Origin: Squalus acanthias
Lineage: Eukaryota
Reading direction: 5' to 3'
DNA: 64,000 nucleotides
NCBI GenBank assembly: GCA_030390025.1
Contig: CM059432.1
Coordinates: 80,974,001-81,038,000 of the forward strand
How positions within the stretch are numbered: the first letter of the stretch is position 1; every line of letters begins with the position of its first letter. The notes under the pieces are model-generated. The model ran no database searches. It was given only the letters and a program-made list of their open reading frames with translations, and was not told where the DNA came from. Of the stretch, positions 1-13,085 are shown in pieces. Made by a program: the position numbers and the translations under genes.

Positions 1-2125
1 GTGGTGGGTAAAGTTTTAGAAACAGTAATCAAGGAAAAAATTAACGGGCACGTGGAGAGATTTAAGCTAATTAAGGAGAGCCAACACGGGTTTGTAAAAG
101 TCAGATCGTGTTTGACTAATCTAATTGAATTTTGTGATGAAGTAACAGAGAGGATTGATGAAGGGAATGCAATGGATGTTGTCTACATGGATTTTCGGAA
201 GGAGTTTGACAAAGTACCACATAGAAGGCTGGTTAACAAAATTGAGGTTCATGGAATAGGTGGGTCAGTGGCAGCTTGGATAAGGAATTGGCTTAAGGAC
301 CGAAAACAGCGAGTTGTGGTAAATGGCTGTTTTTCAGACTGGAGGATGGTAGATAATGGTGTTCCCCAAGGGTCAGTGCTGGGGCCACTGCTTTTTTTGA
401 TATATATAAATGACCTGGATATTGAAATACAGAGTAGAATTTCTAAATTTGCCGATGACCCCAAACTTGGGGGTGTGGCAAACAGTGATGATGATATCAA
501 TCGACTGCAACAGGACATAGAAAGGCTAGCAGAATGGGCAGGCAAGTGGCAGATGGAATTTAATACAGAGAAGTGTGAGGTGATGCATTTTGGCAGAAGG
601 TACAGGGAGAGGCAATATACACTTAATGGCACAGTTTTAAAGAGGGACAGAGGGACCTGGGAGTTAATGTTCATAGTTTCCTGAAGGTGGCAGGACAAAT
701 TCTTCTTAGGCAGTCCCTTGGAACCGAAGATGACTTGCTTTCACACTAAAAATGAGTTCTCAGGTGACTGATGAGTCCAATGCGGGACCTACACTCTCTG
801 TCACAGGTGGGGCAGATGGTGGTTGAAGGGGCGGGTGGGGTGCTTGGGTTGACGTGCACTCCTTCCACTGTTTGCGCTTGGCTTCCGCTTGCTCCCAGCG
901 AAGAGACTCAAGGTGTTCGTTGTCTTCCCGGATGCTTCTCCTCCACTTTGTGCGGTCTTGGGCCAGGGATTCCCAGGTGCCGGTGGGGATGTTGCACTTT
1001 TTCAAGGAGGCTTTGAGAGTGTCCTTGAAGCGTTTTCTCTGCCCACCTGGGGCTCTCTTGCCATGTCAGAACTCCGAGTAGAGCGCTTGTTTTGGGAGTC
1101 TCGTATCAGGCATGCAGACGATGTGGCCCGTCCATCGGAGCTGATCGAGCGTGGTCAAAGCTTTGATGCTGGGGATGTTGGCCTGAGCGAGAACACTGAC
1201 GTTGTTACACCTATCCTGCCAATGGATTTGCAGGATCTTGCGGAGGCAGCATTGGTGGTACCTCTCCAGTGCTTTGAGGTGCTTGCTGTACATGGTCCAT
1301 GTCTCTGAAGCATACAGGAGGGTGGGTATCACTACTGCTCTGTAGACCATGAGCTTGGTGCTGGGTTTGAGGTCCTGGTCTTCAAACACTCTCTTCCTCA
1401 GGCGACCGAAGGTTGCACTGGCACACTGAAGGCAGTGTTGGACTTCGTCATCGATGGCAGGACATATTGAGAGAGTGGTTAGTAAAGCATATGGGATCTT
1501 GGGTTTCATAAATAGAGGTATTGAGTACAAAAGTAGAGAAGTTATGCTGAACCTTTATAAAGCGCTGGTTAGGCCACAACTGGAGTATTGCGTCCAGTTC
1601 TGGTCACCACACTTTAGGAAGGATGTGAAGGCCCTTGAGAGGGTGCAGAGGAGATTTACCAGAATGGTTCTGGGGATGAGGGACTACAAGGACAAGTTGG
1701 AGAAGCTGGATTTGTTTTCATTAGAGCAAAGGAGGTTGAGGGGTGATTTGATAGAGATGTACAAGATTATGACAGGTTTGGATAGGCTAGACGGGGAAAG
1801 GCTGTTCCCACTAGTTGATGGTACAAGGACTAGGGGACACAGATTTAAGGTTTTGGGCAAGAGATACAGGGGGAACGTGAGGAAAAACTTTTTTACGCAG
1901 CGAGTGGTGAGGACCTGGAATTCGCTGCCGACGGAAGTGGTGGAAGCGGAGACACTCAATGTTTTCAAGGGGAGACTGGATAGGCACTTGAGGGAAATAA
2001 ACTTGCAGGGCTATGGGGATAGAGTGGGGGAATGGGACTGACTGGATTGCTCTACAGAGAGCTGGCATTGACTAGATGGGCCAAATGGCCTCCTTCTGTG
2101 CCATTATGACTCTGACTATGACTAA
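1..2125 (+). mobile_element. CR1 LINE (HER1-like), 3' part of ORF2 and 3' UTR, split by an RTE insertion
   Basis: ORF 1..684 has RT motifs (QHGF, DFRKEFDKVPH, GVPQGSVLGPLLF, FADD). ORF 1454..2041 has the CR1 C-terminus (RPQLEYCVQFWSP, RRLRGDLIE, TRGH, FFTQRVV..WN.LP). Ends in a (TATGAC)-like tail near 2105-2123. Closely similar to the copy at 56497-58528. Confidence 0.95.
702..1454 (-). mobile_element. RTE-clade LINE, 5'-truncated, inserted in CR1
   Basis: Minus-strand ORFs: KLMVYRAVVIPTLLYASETW, LRWTGHIVCMPDTRLPKQALY, WESLAQDRTKWR. (AAG)n-like tail. TSD TGGCAGGACA(A/T)ATT at 688-701 and 1455-1468. The same site is uninterrupted in the sister CR1 at about 57525-57540. Confidence 0.93.
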
Positions 2126-2646
2126 GTTTTGTTTTTATGGGGCTTTTGTAATAAAGGTAGTTTTTCTATGTTATATGACTTTGCATTACTGGACAACATA
2201 GTGAACAAATTGTTTTCTTTTATTTTAGTTAGAATATATCTGTTTGAAGGTGGTATGTTGTGGCATCTTCCTATTTTTTCTTTTTTTTTATCTGCCAGTT
2301 TTCTTCCCTCTCCTCTTCATGTTTACTTGGTACTGTTCCACGTGTGCTGTCTGCTTTCTGGAAACTTACCTGACTGAGCTTTGCTGGAAGTGCATATATG
2401 TAGATGTATACATGCCAACTTACAAAGCTTGGAAAAGCTAATAAACAGCTTCAAAATAGCTGATAACTCAAAATAAAAATATGTAACTGAAAAACGGTCC
2501 TGAATAAAGACCAATGACTAAGGGCACTGCTTCAAGTCAACTACATTAATTAAATTCTTATTATAATGGAATTCAGGATTTTTGGGATCTTATTCCACAG
2601 TTCAGGTTGGTCGTTTGTTAAAACTGAGGCCAATGTTATCATGTAT

Positions 2647-2785
2647 GTGGGAGTACCTTCACCACACGGACTGCAGCGGTTCAAGAAGGCGGCTCACCAC
2701 CACCTTCTCGAGGGCAATTAGGGATGGGCAATAAATGCTGGCCTTGCCAGCGATGCCCACATCCCATGAACGATAAAAAAAAAGA
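2647..2785 (+). mobile_element. 3' end of LINE family B (CR1/L2 group)
   Basis: Matches 7092-7220 and the reverse complement of 34270-34400; AATAAA followed by an A-rich tail. Confidence 0.85.
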
Positions 2786-3546
2786 AAATATTTAGTTGGA
2801 ATTGGAGTGCAGTGGGACATGAACTTGTCATGAATTAAGCTGCAGCTATATCCAATTTTCCATTTTGTATTGGGGGTGGGGGGAGGGAGAAAACACTAAA
2901 GTACACAGTGCAATTTTTGTATTTAGAAATTTTTGATGGAAGTGAACTTGGACGGTGCAAAATTCATTTTCTGGGGTGTCTGTGGACATGTAAAGCCTTA
3001 GTACAGATGTGCACCCCAATTACATCTGAGTTTTCTTCCCTCTCCTCTTCACGTTTACTTGGTACTATTCCACATGTGCTGTCTGCTTTGTCTAGGATTC
3101 TTTGACACCAAAGAGAAAAATGTATATTACCAGCTGTTCAACACAGCTGGTTTTATGGTTACCAGGCTAGCACGGGTTATGTGTTTGTAGAGCAGTGGGT
3201 TCCCCTGATGATGTAGAACCTGAACCTTGTTAACATTTATCCAACTGGAGAACAGCAGCTGATGGGATGGTGTCAGCAACATCCACCACAATGCATGCAA
3301 AGCTTGTTCCCCCAAATGAGCAGTGTTTTGTTTTTGGAACAGTGGCAGTTGGTTCCACATACAAAGCATTAATGAGTGCACCAGCTGTTCCTGAGGGTCA
3401 TGGCTTCCAGTAATAGAGTGGACAGTGGTGTCGGACAATGCCCTGTAGATGTTAAGTGCATGTATTCCCATTTAATTTTTATTGCAGCCACAAATCTCTT
3501 CTATCTAGCTCTATGGAGCACTGCACTTGAAATGCTTGAAAATAGT

Positions 3547-3857
3547 GGCCCGGATTTTGCGGTGGGTATGGTAGCCACCCTGAGTACACCGCCATACCTC
3601 CTTTGAAATCCACTGCAAGTTCTGGATTTCTGCATGCATTTGCGCATGTGCGAAATCCGGAACTTGCAGCCTGTCAACGTACACACTGACAGGCCATCCG
3701 CACGGCCCACGAAAAAGCAATGCCTGCCACAGAGTTGGGCTATTTGCCCACCGACTGGTCAGCAATTGTATACGGAAATGTTACGGTTAGTGCAAACGGG
3801 TGCAGGACCTGTTCGCATCAGCATAAGGGGCTACCTCAGGCATGTTTTAAACATTTA
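3547..3857. mobile_element. Harbinger-type MITE end with internal palindrome
   Basis: Begins GGCCCGGATTTTGCGGTGGG, similar to the reverse complement of the element end at 44397. 18-bp inverted arms at 3613-3630 and 3652-3669. Confidence 0.6.
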
Positions 3858-4803
3858 AGCAAAGTGATGGAAGGTGTCATCGGCAGTGCTATCAAATGGC
3901 ACTTACTCACCAATAACCTGCTCACGGATGCGCAGTTTGGTTTCCGCCAGGACCACTCGGCTCCAGACCTCATTACAGCCTTGGTCCAAACATGGACCAA
4001 GGAGCTGAATTCCAGAGGTGAGGTGAGAGTGACTGCCCTTGACATCAAGGCAGCATTTGACTGAGTGTGGCATCAAGGAGCCCGAGTAAAACTGAAGTCA
4101 ATGGGAATCAGGGGGAAAACTCTCCATTGGCTGGAGTCATACATAGCACAAAGGAAGATAGTTGTGGTGGATGGAGCCCCAGGGCATCGCTGCAGGAGTT
4201 CCTCAGGGCAGTGTCCTAGGCCCAACCATCTTCAGCTGCTTCATCAACGACCTTCCCTCCAACATAAGGTCAGAAATGGGGATGTTCGCTGATGACTGCA
4301 CAGTGTTCAGTGCCATTCACAACTCCTCAGATAATGAAGCAATCCATGCCCGCATGCAACAAGACCTGGACAACATTCAAGCTTGGGCTGATAAGTGGCA
4401 GGTAACATTCGTGCCACACAAGTGCCAGGCAATGACTATCTCCAACAAGAGAGAGTCTAACCACTGCCCCTTGACATTCAACGGCATTACCATCGCCGAA
4501 TCCCCCACTATCAACACCCTGGGGGGTCACCATTAACCAGTAACTTAACTGGACCAGACACATAAATACTGTGGCAACAGGAGCAGGTCAGAGGGTAGGT
4601 ATTCTGCAGCGAGTGTCTCACCACCTGACTCCCCAAAGCCTTTCCACCATCTACAAGGCACAAGTAAGGAGTGTGATGGAATACTCTCCACTTACCTGGA
4701 TGGGTGCAGCTCCAACAACTTAAGAAGCTCGACACCATCCAGGACAAAGCAGCCCGCTTGATTGGCACCCCATCCACCACCTTAAACACTCACTCCCTCC
4801 ACC
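3858..4803 (+). mobile_element. LINE family B, frameshifted RT fragment
   Basis: QFGFRQDHSAPDL, ALDIKAAFD, GVPQGSVLGPTIFSCFINDL, FADD. Collinear with the reverse complement of 34650-35590. Confidence 0.92.
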
Positions 4804-6669
4804 CTGGGGGCGCTAACTGGAGACACAAAGGCACCCAATTTCGCCCCCTATGAGTGTAAAAGGCAATGCCTTGTGAATCTGAAAAAAACATACCTTTTAT
4901 TCTGTTCCTGGTGAACAATTAAATCAGAGCTGTCCACGTGTCGGAAAATGTCAAAGAGCCATACATACCGCCCATTTCCAGGCCCTGGTTACACAAACTG
5001 GAAAGCTTGACTTGAGCTGGCTATAGGTTAGCCCCGAATCCTACGATGGATTATGGGGTGACTTCAGCCAGTGGAAGTTAGCTGTTTTCCAGGTCCCAGT
5101 GTGAATAACGCCTGGTAAAGGTGATGTACGTGCCAAATGCAGATTGTTGGAATCTATGTGAATGCTGCGGAAAATAAATAAGGCTCACCAGGAGAGTGCT
5201 CCCTCTTCAGATAAGTGATCGATAGAGCTGTAAGTCAGGAAGGAATGGAGAATGAACAACAATTAAATTAATAGGAATAGAGAAAGAATGAAGCATCGAC
5301 AAAATGAAGATAAAGAAATGGATGCAAGGAGATAGAGATAGAGACAGACAAAGATAACTGTCAGAGAAAATGCAAAACAACAAAGGGCACGGGAATCAAA
5401 TTAGCAAATGAAAATATTTTACACCTATAAAATACACTATCCAACAGTCCAACTGAAAAATTATGTTGCTTGGCCCAAAAACATTCTGAACATTTTGTAA
5501 AATATTTTTGTAAAAAAATATTACCTAGAAATTACTATTAGCAATATTAGACAAATGCTTAACACATTTGTATGACATTTTTTGTCCACGACGTTAACAG
5601 TTAAATGGTTGACAGAGGAATATCATAAGTATGCATTAGCACTCATCAACTAATCACAAACATCTAACACACTAATATGTCTAGTCTTATTTCTATGTAA
5701 GGATTTAGTGGCTATGTAGTAATTATGTAGCCCAGAGTGTGTGGACAAATTGCTTCCTGGCCTCAACCAATGACTTAAAGCTGCTTTTCAAAAGTATATG
5801 GAGGGGCCGAGTGGTGATTTTCCAATTTTAATTCTGCCTAGCAGATGCATCTAACCTCATTTTACCCCACCTTTGACGTGGTTGAGATTGAAAAGTCAAT
5901 ATGTGAGTGGCACAAACTTTATTCCACCACAATATAACGCCATCATTAGGGGGCTTATTTTCACCCTCTTTGACGCGTGCAAGCAGGGTAAAAAAAGTGG
6001 CACAGTACTTTCTGCCCTATTTGTGCCATGAGGTGGCCCCTGCTATCTTGGCTCTAGTTAGGCCCTGGGCAGCCCAGTCGCCCACTGGTTTCCAGTGCCA
6101 GCATTATTAATTTATTTCGAGAGGTCCTGTCATGCCGATAGGACCCATTGCGATTTTCAGGTGATTCACTGGAACTAATGTTCAGGGCAACACCTGCACA
6201 GGAAACTGGACATTGCAGTAGGTTGAGTGTTTGGAGCACAATTTAAAGGGAACTCACATGTAAGTAGCTGGATCATAGGATCTATTCTGGTAGGAATTAT
6301 TGTTTTCTGCATAATGCCACATTTGTGTAGAAGAGAAGTTGTTGAAGGCTTTTTTCTGGACTGAAGGAGCCTTTTTAGTAGGTGGAAAGTCCAGTTTTGG
6401 CTGCCCTACATGTTTGGTGGAGGAGGAAGAGGAGCAGCAGCAGCATCCAGCATCAGCAACAACATGGGGAGCTACAACCTGCAAAGGAGGCTGCAGGATC
6501 CTTGGGAAGAAGGGTTAGCAAGTAGGTGACCATACTCAGCTCTTTAAATTGGCTTCTTTAATCCTGTCATGATACATAGAGCTAAAAACCATCGCCACTC
6601 ACAGGGTTGGGGGGTGGGGTGGGGTGGGTTGCCAAAAGTCCTAGTTTATTTGGATAGAATTCACCTCCG

Positions 6670-7222
6670 GCCTCCCCAAAGCCTTTCCACCATTTACAAG
6701 GCACAAGTCAGGAGTGTGATGGAATACTCTCCACTTGCCTGGATGAGTGCAGCTCCAACAACACTCAAGAAGCTCGACACCATCCAGGACAAAGCAGCCC
6801 GCTTGATTGGCACCTCATCCACCACCTTAAACATTCACTCCCTCCACCACCGAAGCACCATGGCGGCAGTGTGTACCATCTACAAGATACACTGCAGCAA
6901 CCAAGGCTTCTTCGACAGCACCTCCCAAACTGCAACCTCTAACACTTAGAAGGGCAAGTGGAGCAGTTGCATGGGAACATCTTCACCTCCAAGTTCCCCT
7001 CCAAGTCACACACCATCCTGACTTGGAAATATATCGCTGTTCCTTCATCATCGCTGGGTCAAAATCCTGGAATCCCCTCCCTAACTGCACTGTGGGAGTA
7101 CCTTCACCACACGGACTGCAGCGGTTCAAGAAGGCGGCTCACCACCACCTTCTCAAGGGCAATTAGGGATGGGCAATAAATGCTGGCTTTGCCAGCGACG
7201 CCCACATCCCGTGAATGAATAC
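6670..7222 (+). mobile_element. LINE family B, 3' fragment
   Basis: STIYKAQVRSVMEYSPLAWMSAAPTTLKKLDTIQDKAARLIG plus the family 3' UTR. Confidence 0.92.
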
Positions 7223-8389
7223 ATTTTTAAAAAGACAATGAATGGCCCTTAAAGAGACCATTGGAGGCCGTTGAAAAAACGGTGTAGGAATTTTTAAATT
7301 AACATTTTTTTGAGGCCAGGAGGAGCAGAAATTCCACTCCATGGTACTCATAAAGGCCTCTGTATTAATCCCTGCAAGACGGTTGGGAGGGGGGTGGTGG
7401 TAAAATGTACAACGTGACCCCAACCCGCTGCACATGCACCTGACGCCATTTCTGCTTGGGGCGTCCGAGTATCCCACCGTGGAGCGGCGGGATGCTTAAT
7501 TAACATATTTAAATCAGGCTCCCGCAGTACAATTGGGAGTCTGATTTGAAATTTACTGCTGTTGCATGAGTTTCCTAGGGATCAGGAAACTGGGCAGTGA
7601 AATGGAGGCTGGAGCTGTCAGCTCCCCGAGGTAAGTGGCTGTTTCAGCACTCCTTGTGGGCCAGGAGGAGCAGGAATGCTTCCCCCCCACCCACCCCGGC
7701 CCAATCTCCAGCTATTGCAGCTTTAACCAGCTGTAGTAAATAATCAAGTGGGTTTAATGTTGAACATGAGATATAAAGCACAAGGTGATAGCCATGTACT
7801 TTAATCATCACAATGTCCCTAATTACAGCACAAAACTCACCAGATTACTCATTGTAACCATTAGTAGAGAGAAGTCTCATGGTGTTAGTTTTGAAATTAA
7901 AATTGTGCTCTCAGAATACAGGACTTTAATGTGGAGTAATGGCTGCTTTGCTCTCAAGCCAATTAGATTCTGTTTGTTTATTAATCTGTCTTGTAATGTT
8001 TAGTAAATGAGAATTCAGGGTATTATAGAGGATTATTCCAAGCATCATTTACTTATCCTTTTTGAGACAGTCTCTGACTATAAAGTTATCATGTGACGTG
8101 CGAACAGCATTGGTTGCATTTTGTTTGTAACGTTTTTGATTAGCCAAATACAGTGGTAAATAATATATGCTATTATCTTTTTTCACTGCTGAATTAATTT
8201 TTTACACTTTGTCAATTGTTGAATAAAAATAACTGTTGAGAATTCTGATCCTGCATCCTCACATGCTTTAGTTGGTCCCTAACTGATGCAAGAGATGGTC
8301 TAACAAGCTGTGTATTCTGCGTCATCAGTCTCTGGAAAAGGGAGTAATTGAATGACTACCCAGTGGTGCAAGTCAATTGATATGGGTTT

Positions 8390-8590
8390 CCACTGCTGAA
8401 GTCCTTGTACCTGCCTTCATTGCCTCCAGACATAGCCACTGCGATGCTCTCCTTGCAGGCCTCCCATTGTTTACCTTACATGGACTCCAACTTGTACAAA
8501 ATTCTGCTGCACATTTTCTGTCCTGGACCAAGTCTTGCTCACCTCTCAGCCCAGTCCTCGCTAACCTACATTGGCTCCCTGTCTCCCAAT
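8390..8590 (+). mobile_element. L2 LINE fragment (ORF2 C-terminal region)
   Basis: AFIASR..CDALLAGLP....LQLVQNSAA......PVLANLHWLPV is the typical L2 C-terminal motif. Confidence 0.85.
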
Positions 8591-8694
8591 GAAATATTTA
8601 AAATGCAAAGTAAATCAAATAGCATGAGAATGTTAAAGAAAATAGATATTTTATTAGTATATACAACTAAAATGGGTTCAAATCACACTCTGAT

Positions 8695-8955
8695 ATTAGC
8701 AGGTGCATGGGTACATCATCACCTCAATGTTCTCCTCCAACTCGCACACCATCCTGACTTGGATATATCTCACGGTTCATTCATCATCGCTGGGTCATTG
8801 TCTTGGATCTCCTTACCTAACAGCATTATGGGAGTTCCTTCACTACATGGAGTGCAGCTGTTCAAGCAGGCCCACCATCCCCGTCTCAAAGGCAGCTAGG
8901 GCTGGGCAGTAAATATTGGTTTGCCAGCGATGACCATATGCCAAGAATGAAAAAG
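8695..8955 (+). mobile_element. Diverged 3' end of LINE family B
   Basis: Degenerate match to 6960-7220 (CACACCATCCTGACTTGG, GGGCAGTAAATATTGG..GCCAGCGATG). Confidence 0.75.
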
Positions 8956-9490
8956 TAAATAACATGTTTTCAACAGATTTTGTTAAAATAGCAGACAGTG
9001 GAATTACCTACAAATGCATGAATACTACATGAACAATAGAATACAAAAATACCATAAACAACAGCTTTACATGATCCTTCTGTTCATGGGAGATCAGTAT
9101 AGATCAATTTGATGTGGTAAACAAATGCTAGCTGACAACCAAATAGGTTTCTTCAATCCCAATTAAATTACACAATTAGTCTGAATTCACTCAGTCTAAT
9201 ATGAGCAATGTAGTGTGTGATAACAGATTAGTCTCTGCTACCAGAGATATGCATTAGTCTATTATGACAACAGTAAAGTCACATTAACATTTTGTTAAAT
9301 AATATGACATTAACATGCATCTTTTACATAATTTAAATACTACGCAATCCAGGTATTATTAAAGATATTTAGCACCAAAAATATACATAAAGATTTTTTA
9401 AATTGAAGAATGATATGACAAATGATGAGCTTTAACTGGTTGTGTTAATGCTAAAACCACATCATCAACAAATTACAAGGAAAGGTTATA

Positions 9491-10230
9491 GAGCTGGAGT
9501 TTCTGTTTGGTTGTGCTTTTTTTTGGCGTAATTCGCCCCAAATCAGCAAAACCAGGGCAAATGATCGCGGAATTTTAAGCGCAAATTACGTTCAGTGCAA
9601 CTCAAGTTTCCACGATCTTTTGCGCTTGTTTAAAAAGCATCACGCTAGAAGCTGGCCCTGCCCACAACTGGCCACGCTGCCAGGGTAAATTAATCACCAT
9701 TGTGAGTTTCCGCTAATTGCGCTTGTTTGCAAGCCTGCGAGGAGGCTCTAAAAATTATGGTTTTTTTTTTAGGTGCAAAGACACTAAAAGGCATGTTTTA
9801 AAAGCTTTTGAATATAATTTTTTTAATTTACTAACAAACTGACTACTGTACACCAATATAACTAGCAAATGATTCTGTATAGTTTTTTTTAAAGTCATTT
9901 TCAGTAATTTAAAATCGGGTTACTCACACAAGTGTTGGACTAGACACTCTGATTAAAAATGCTTATTTTTTTGATAAACCCATTTTCAGCTGTATTAATA
10001 AAACTGCATCTTAAATAAATCAAGGAATATTTTTTAAAGCAAACTTTAAAAAAATAAATTACGTTCTAAGACACTGCCTGATTGCGCTGGGTAATGGCAG
10101 ATTTTACGTTTGGCGACATGCAAATGAGTTTGAACTCGAGGGGAAAACAATATTTCTCCAAACTAGAGCAATTTTGGGCACAATTTGCACCTGGATCAGT
10201 GATTTGCACCCAAAGCGGAAACTCTACCCC
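9491..10230. mobile_element. PIF/Harbinger-type MITE
   Basis: Imperfect TIRs GAGCTGGAGTTTCTGTTTGG / reverse complement GGGGTAGAGTTTCCGCTTTGG. 3-bp TSD ATA (9488-90, 10231-33). Non-coding. Confidence 0.75.
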
Positions 10231-11194
10231 ATAATGTTTAGCCTTTTTCAAGTAAAGCAAATCTCAGAGAGGTTTTGGGTGTGCATTGATGTGCAAACAG
10301 CAGCATAACTTGGGAATTGGGGTGGTGATGTGACTCCCTCATACACTAAAGCAAGAGTTATGAGACCTACTCTAATAGGTAGTCTTACATCAGATGAGTG
10401 TCACACTGAGTGTAGTAGCACTCCAGCTACTGTAAAGTAATGCTTTTAAAAGTGCCCACATGGTCAGTTAAACCTTCTGGAAACATTTAATCTTGGTTTT
10501 GACTCTTATGAGAGAAGTGCTACTCCTACAGCTCTTTGAAGATTAAAAATTAGGCACCTAGAGAATGGAGATGTGCAGTCACTCAGCTCAGTGTAAGGCA
10601 CAGTCAGCATAAGGCAGTATTATTTGGGTCTACCAGCTGTACATGGCACTCTACTGGTCTGAAATTGGTGTCTCTAATATAACTGCAATACTTGTGTTTC
10701 CACAGTATCTCCTCCTTAATAATTAAGCATTACAGAAGGCCATCGTCACAGATGTCAAGATTTGCATTTTGTGACCTGGATATAACCAATTAAGGTCTCA
10801 ATTCTCCATTCAGATTAGTCTCACCTACTTCATTTGCTTGGTTAGCCATGTACTGCGATCCCCATGCCCATTTTCGGGTCTTGTCCAATTTAATCCCCAT
10901 TGTGCTCACTTGGGACGTGGCAGAGAAATCGAGTCAGATCCGAACCGAACCGATTTTTAGTTTTGGTTTATTTCCAGGTTTAGTTATCTGAATTCTCTCC
11001 AGAGTCTTCAACATGAAGGAGCGCAACTGCTGTAGCTGTTCATATCAGGAAATTAATACTTGTCCAAAATCATTATTGTACACTGGTAGTTTGTCACTTC
11101 AGTACTTTATTTTCAGTCAAGTGCAAGATTTACTCAATTGTATTTCAGTGAGTTTCTTGTTGCTTGTACTTCATCCAGTTTGCTTTTAATTCAT

Positions 11195-11310
11195 GGAAAT
11201 ACTCAGCAGGTCAGGCAGCATCTGTAGAGAGAGAAACAGAGTTAATGTTTCAGGTTGATGACCCTTCGTCAGAACTTCAGATTTCCAGCATCCGCAGTAT
11301 TTTGCTGTTG
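11195..11310 (-). mobile_element. Penelope-like element terminal fragment (family 2) with a short inverted piece
   Basis: 11195-11220 is the reverse complement of 39245-39270, while 11277-11305 matches 39290-39320 directly. Contains a hammerhead core. Confidence 0.7.
11240..11276 (-). ncRNA. Degenerate minimal type I hammerhead ribozyme
   Basis: Minus strand: AGUU-CUGACGA-AGGGUCAUCAACCU-GAAA-CAUU-AACU. Stem I AGUU/AACU. Stems II and III each carry a mismatch consistent with CpG decay. Confidence 0.65.
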
Positions 11311-12088
11311 CTTTCAATTTATGCTGAATTGATGCCCATTCTTGGTTCCCTTGCATTTTCTTTTTCTGTTGGCTGAAATTTAAGTCATCTAATTAATATG
11401 TATTTTTGTTGATTTTTTTAATCTATTTTTATTTAAGTATGTGTTGATAATATTGAAAGAACTAGTTTGAAGGAGTTGATGAGCCTAGCTGAGTAAGCAG
11501 GCTGAATTGATAGCCTCAGCTGGATGTAACACTGTTGATGTTAATTAAGCTCCTTTACACAGATTCCCAGTGATATATATGCACTCACCATTCAAACACA
11601 AATATATTGTTTGAAAATTAATATACATCGTCCAGAGAAAGAATATTTAAGTTGATCATAATTCGTATAGTATTTTAAAGGTGTATTGATGATGACTAAT
11701 TGATTAGTGTCAATATACAGGCTACTCCTGCCTGCACTACAGAAAAAATAAATATAATCTGATGCAATGCATTAGAAAGCTCTCAACAGCATAATTAAGA
11801 TCAAAAACCACGTGAGGAGGATTTTCCCCCAGGCACTGATATCAATCCTGGTTACCAACTGCAGGATAATCTTGGCTTAATTCTATTCTGTAATATTCAG
11901 TAATGCTTACTTTACTATTGCTACTTAAATAATTTTAAAACTGCAAACGGTGTATTTTTTTTAACTAGGTTTAGAAGTGCTGCTGCTGTCCCTGTAGTGT
12001 TAATGTCTCTGACATCACAAAGTCATAACTCGTGTTTCATTCTGTTAACCAGCGCAACAAATGGTTAAATTATGTGACTACACAGAAT

Positions 12089-13085
12089 GGGGGAAATTTT
12101 AACCCAAAAAAATACGGGTGGGTTGGGGTCGGGTGGGAAGTGAAAGTGTTAAAAATCTGAAGCCCGACCAAAATCCGCCTCCAATCCGGCCACTTCCGGT
12201 TTTAACGGAGGCGGGACGGGCCGTGCAGCCAACCCACTCCCAGGAGGCAGGTCACCCATTTGAATATTATAATGATGCTGCCGTGCCTCAGATTTAACCA
12301 CCATTTTAAATTTAACAGTGGTGGTCGGATTTTGTAGGTTTCATGAAACCCGGCCAGGTAAAGTAAGGTGAGGACTGCTGCATCCAGGAGGTACGTGCCT
12401 TTACACTTATCCTTATCTTCTGGATCCAGTGCCCCTACCTCACCCACCCCCGCGATCGGAGACTCCCCCACGAGGCCTCTGATCCCCTCCCCCGAGGCTT
12501 CCGATTTCCCCCCTGGGCCTCCGATCCCCCGACACGAGGCCTCCCCCCCGTGCCCCCACCGATGCTCCTCCGGCCCCCTGACGTCGTCTGCCTCCACCCC
12601 TCCATGCTCCTCTGACCCCCATGCGATGAGCCCCCAGATCCCCGATCAGCTTCTGGACTCACGATTAGCTGCTCCAGCCCAACGATGAGTTCCCGGCCCC
12701 CAATGTGCTGCTCCAGCCCCTTGATCAGCTGCTCGATCCCCCCCGTTGAGCTCCCAGCGCACCCCACCCCGTGCCACTCCGGCCCTCTGATGTGCTTCCT
12801 TTCCCCCGATGAGCTCCCAACCCCTGCCCCCATGCTGTTTTGGCTCTCCGATGTGCTCCCGGACCCCCCCCCCCCAACCCCAGTGCTCCTCCGGCCCCCC
12901 CCCCCACCCAACCTCCACCTGATCCCTCCCTCCCTCCTGTCTGTGGCCAAGTGCCACAGGCCTACCCGCCTGCAGCCAGCCAGCCTCTCAATCTGCTGGC
13001 TGCGGGTGGGAAACAGAGGTTTCAAATTTCTCGACCACTTCCGAGCCCCCTGCTCCCAACTCGCCAAAGTATTAAAATTCAGGCC
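12089..13085. mobile_element. PIF/Harbinger-type MITE with C-rich low-complexity interior
   Basis: Ends GGGGGAAATTTT / AAAATTCAGGCC. TSD AAT (12086-88, 13086-88). Confidence 0.75.

Noticed and set aside
1..2125. Segmental duplication with 56830-58528
   Set aside because: Similarity stops at the CR1 3' tail and the copies carry different insertions, so they are independent copies of one subfamily.
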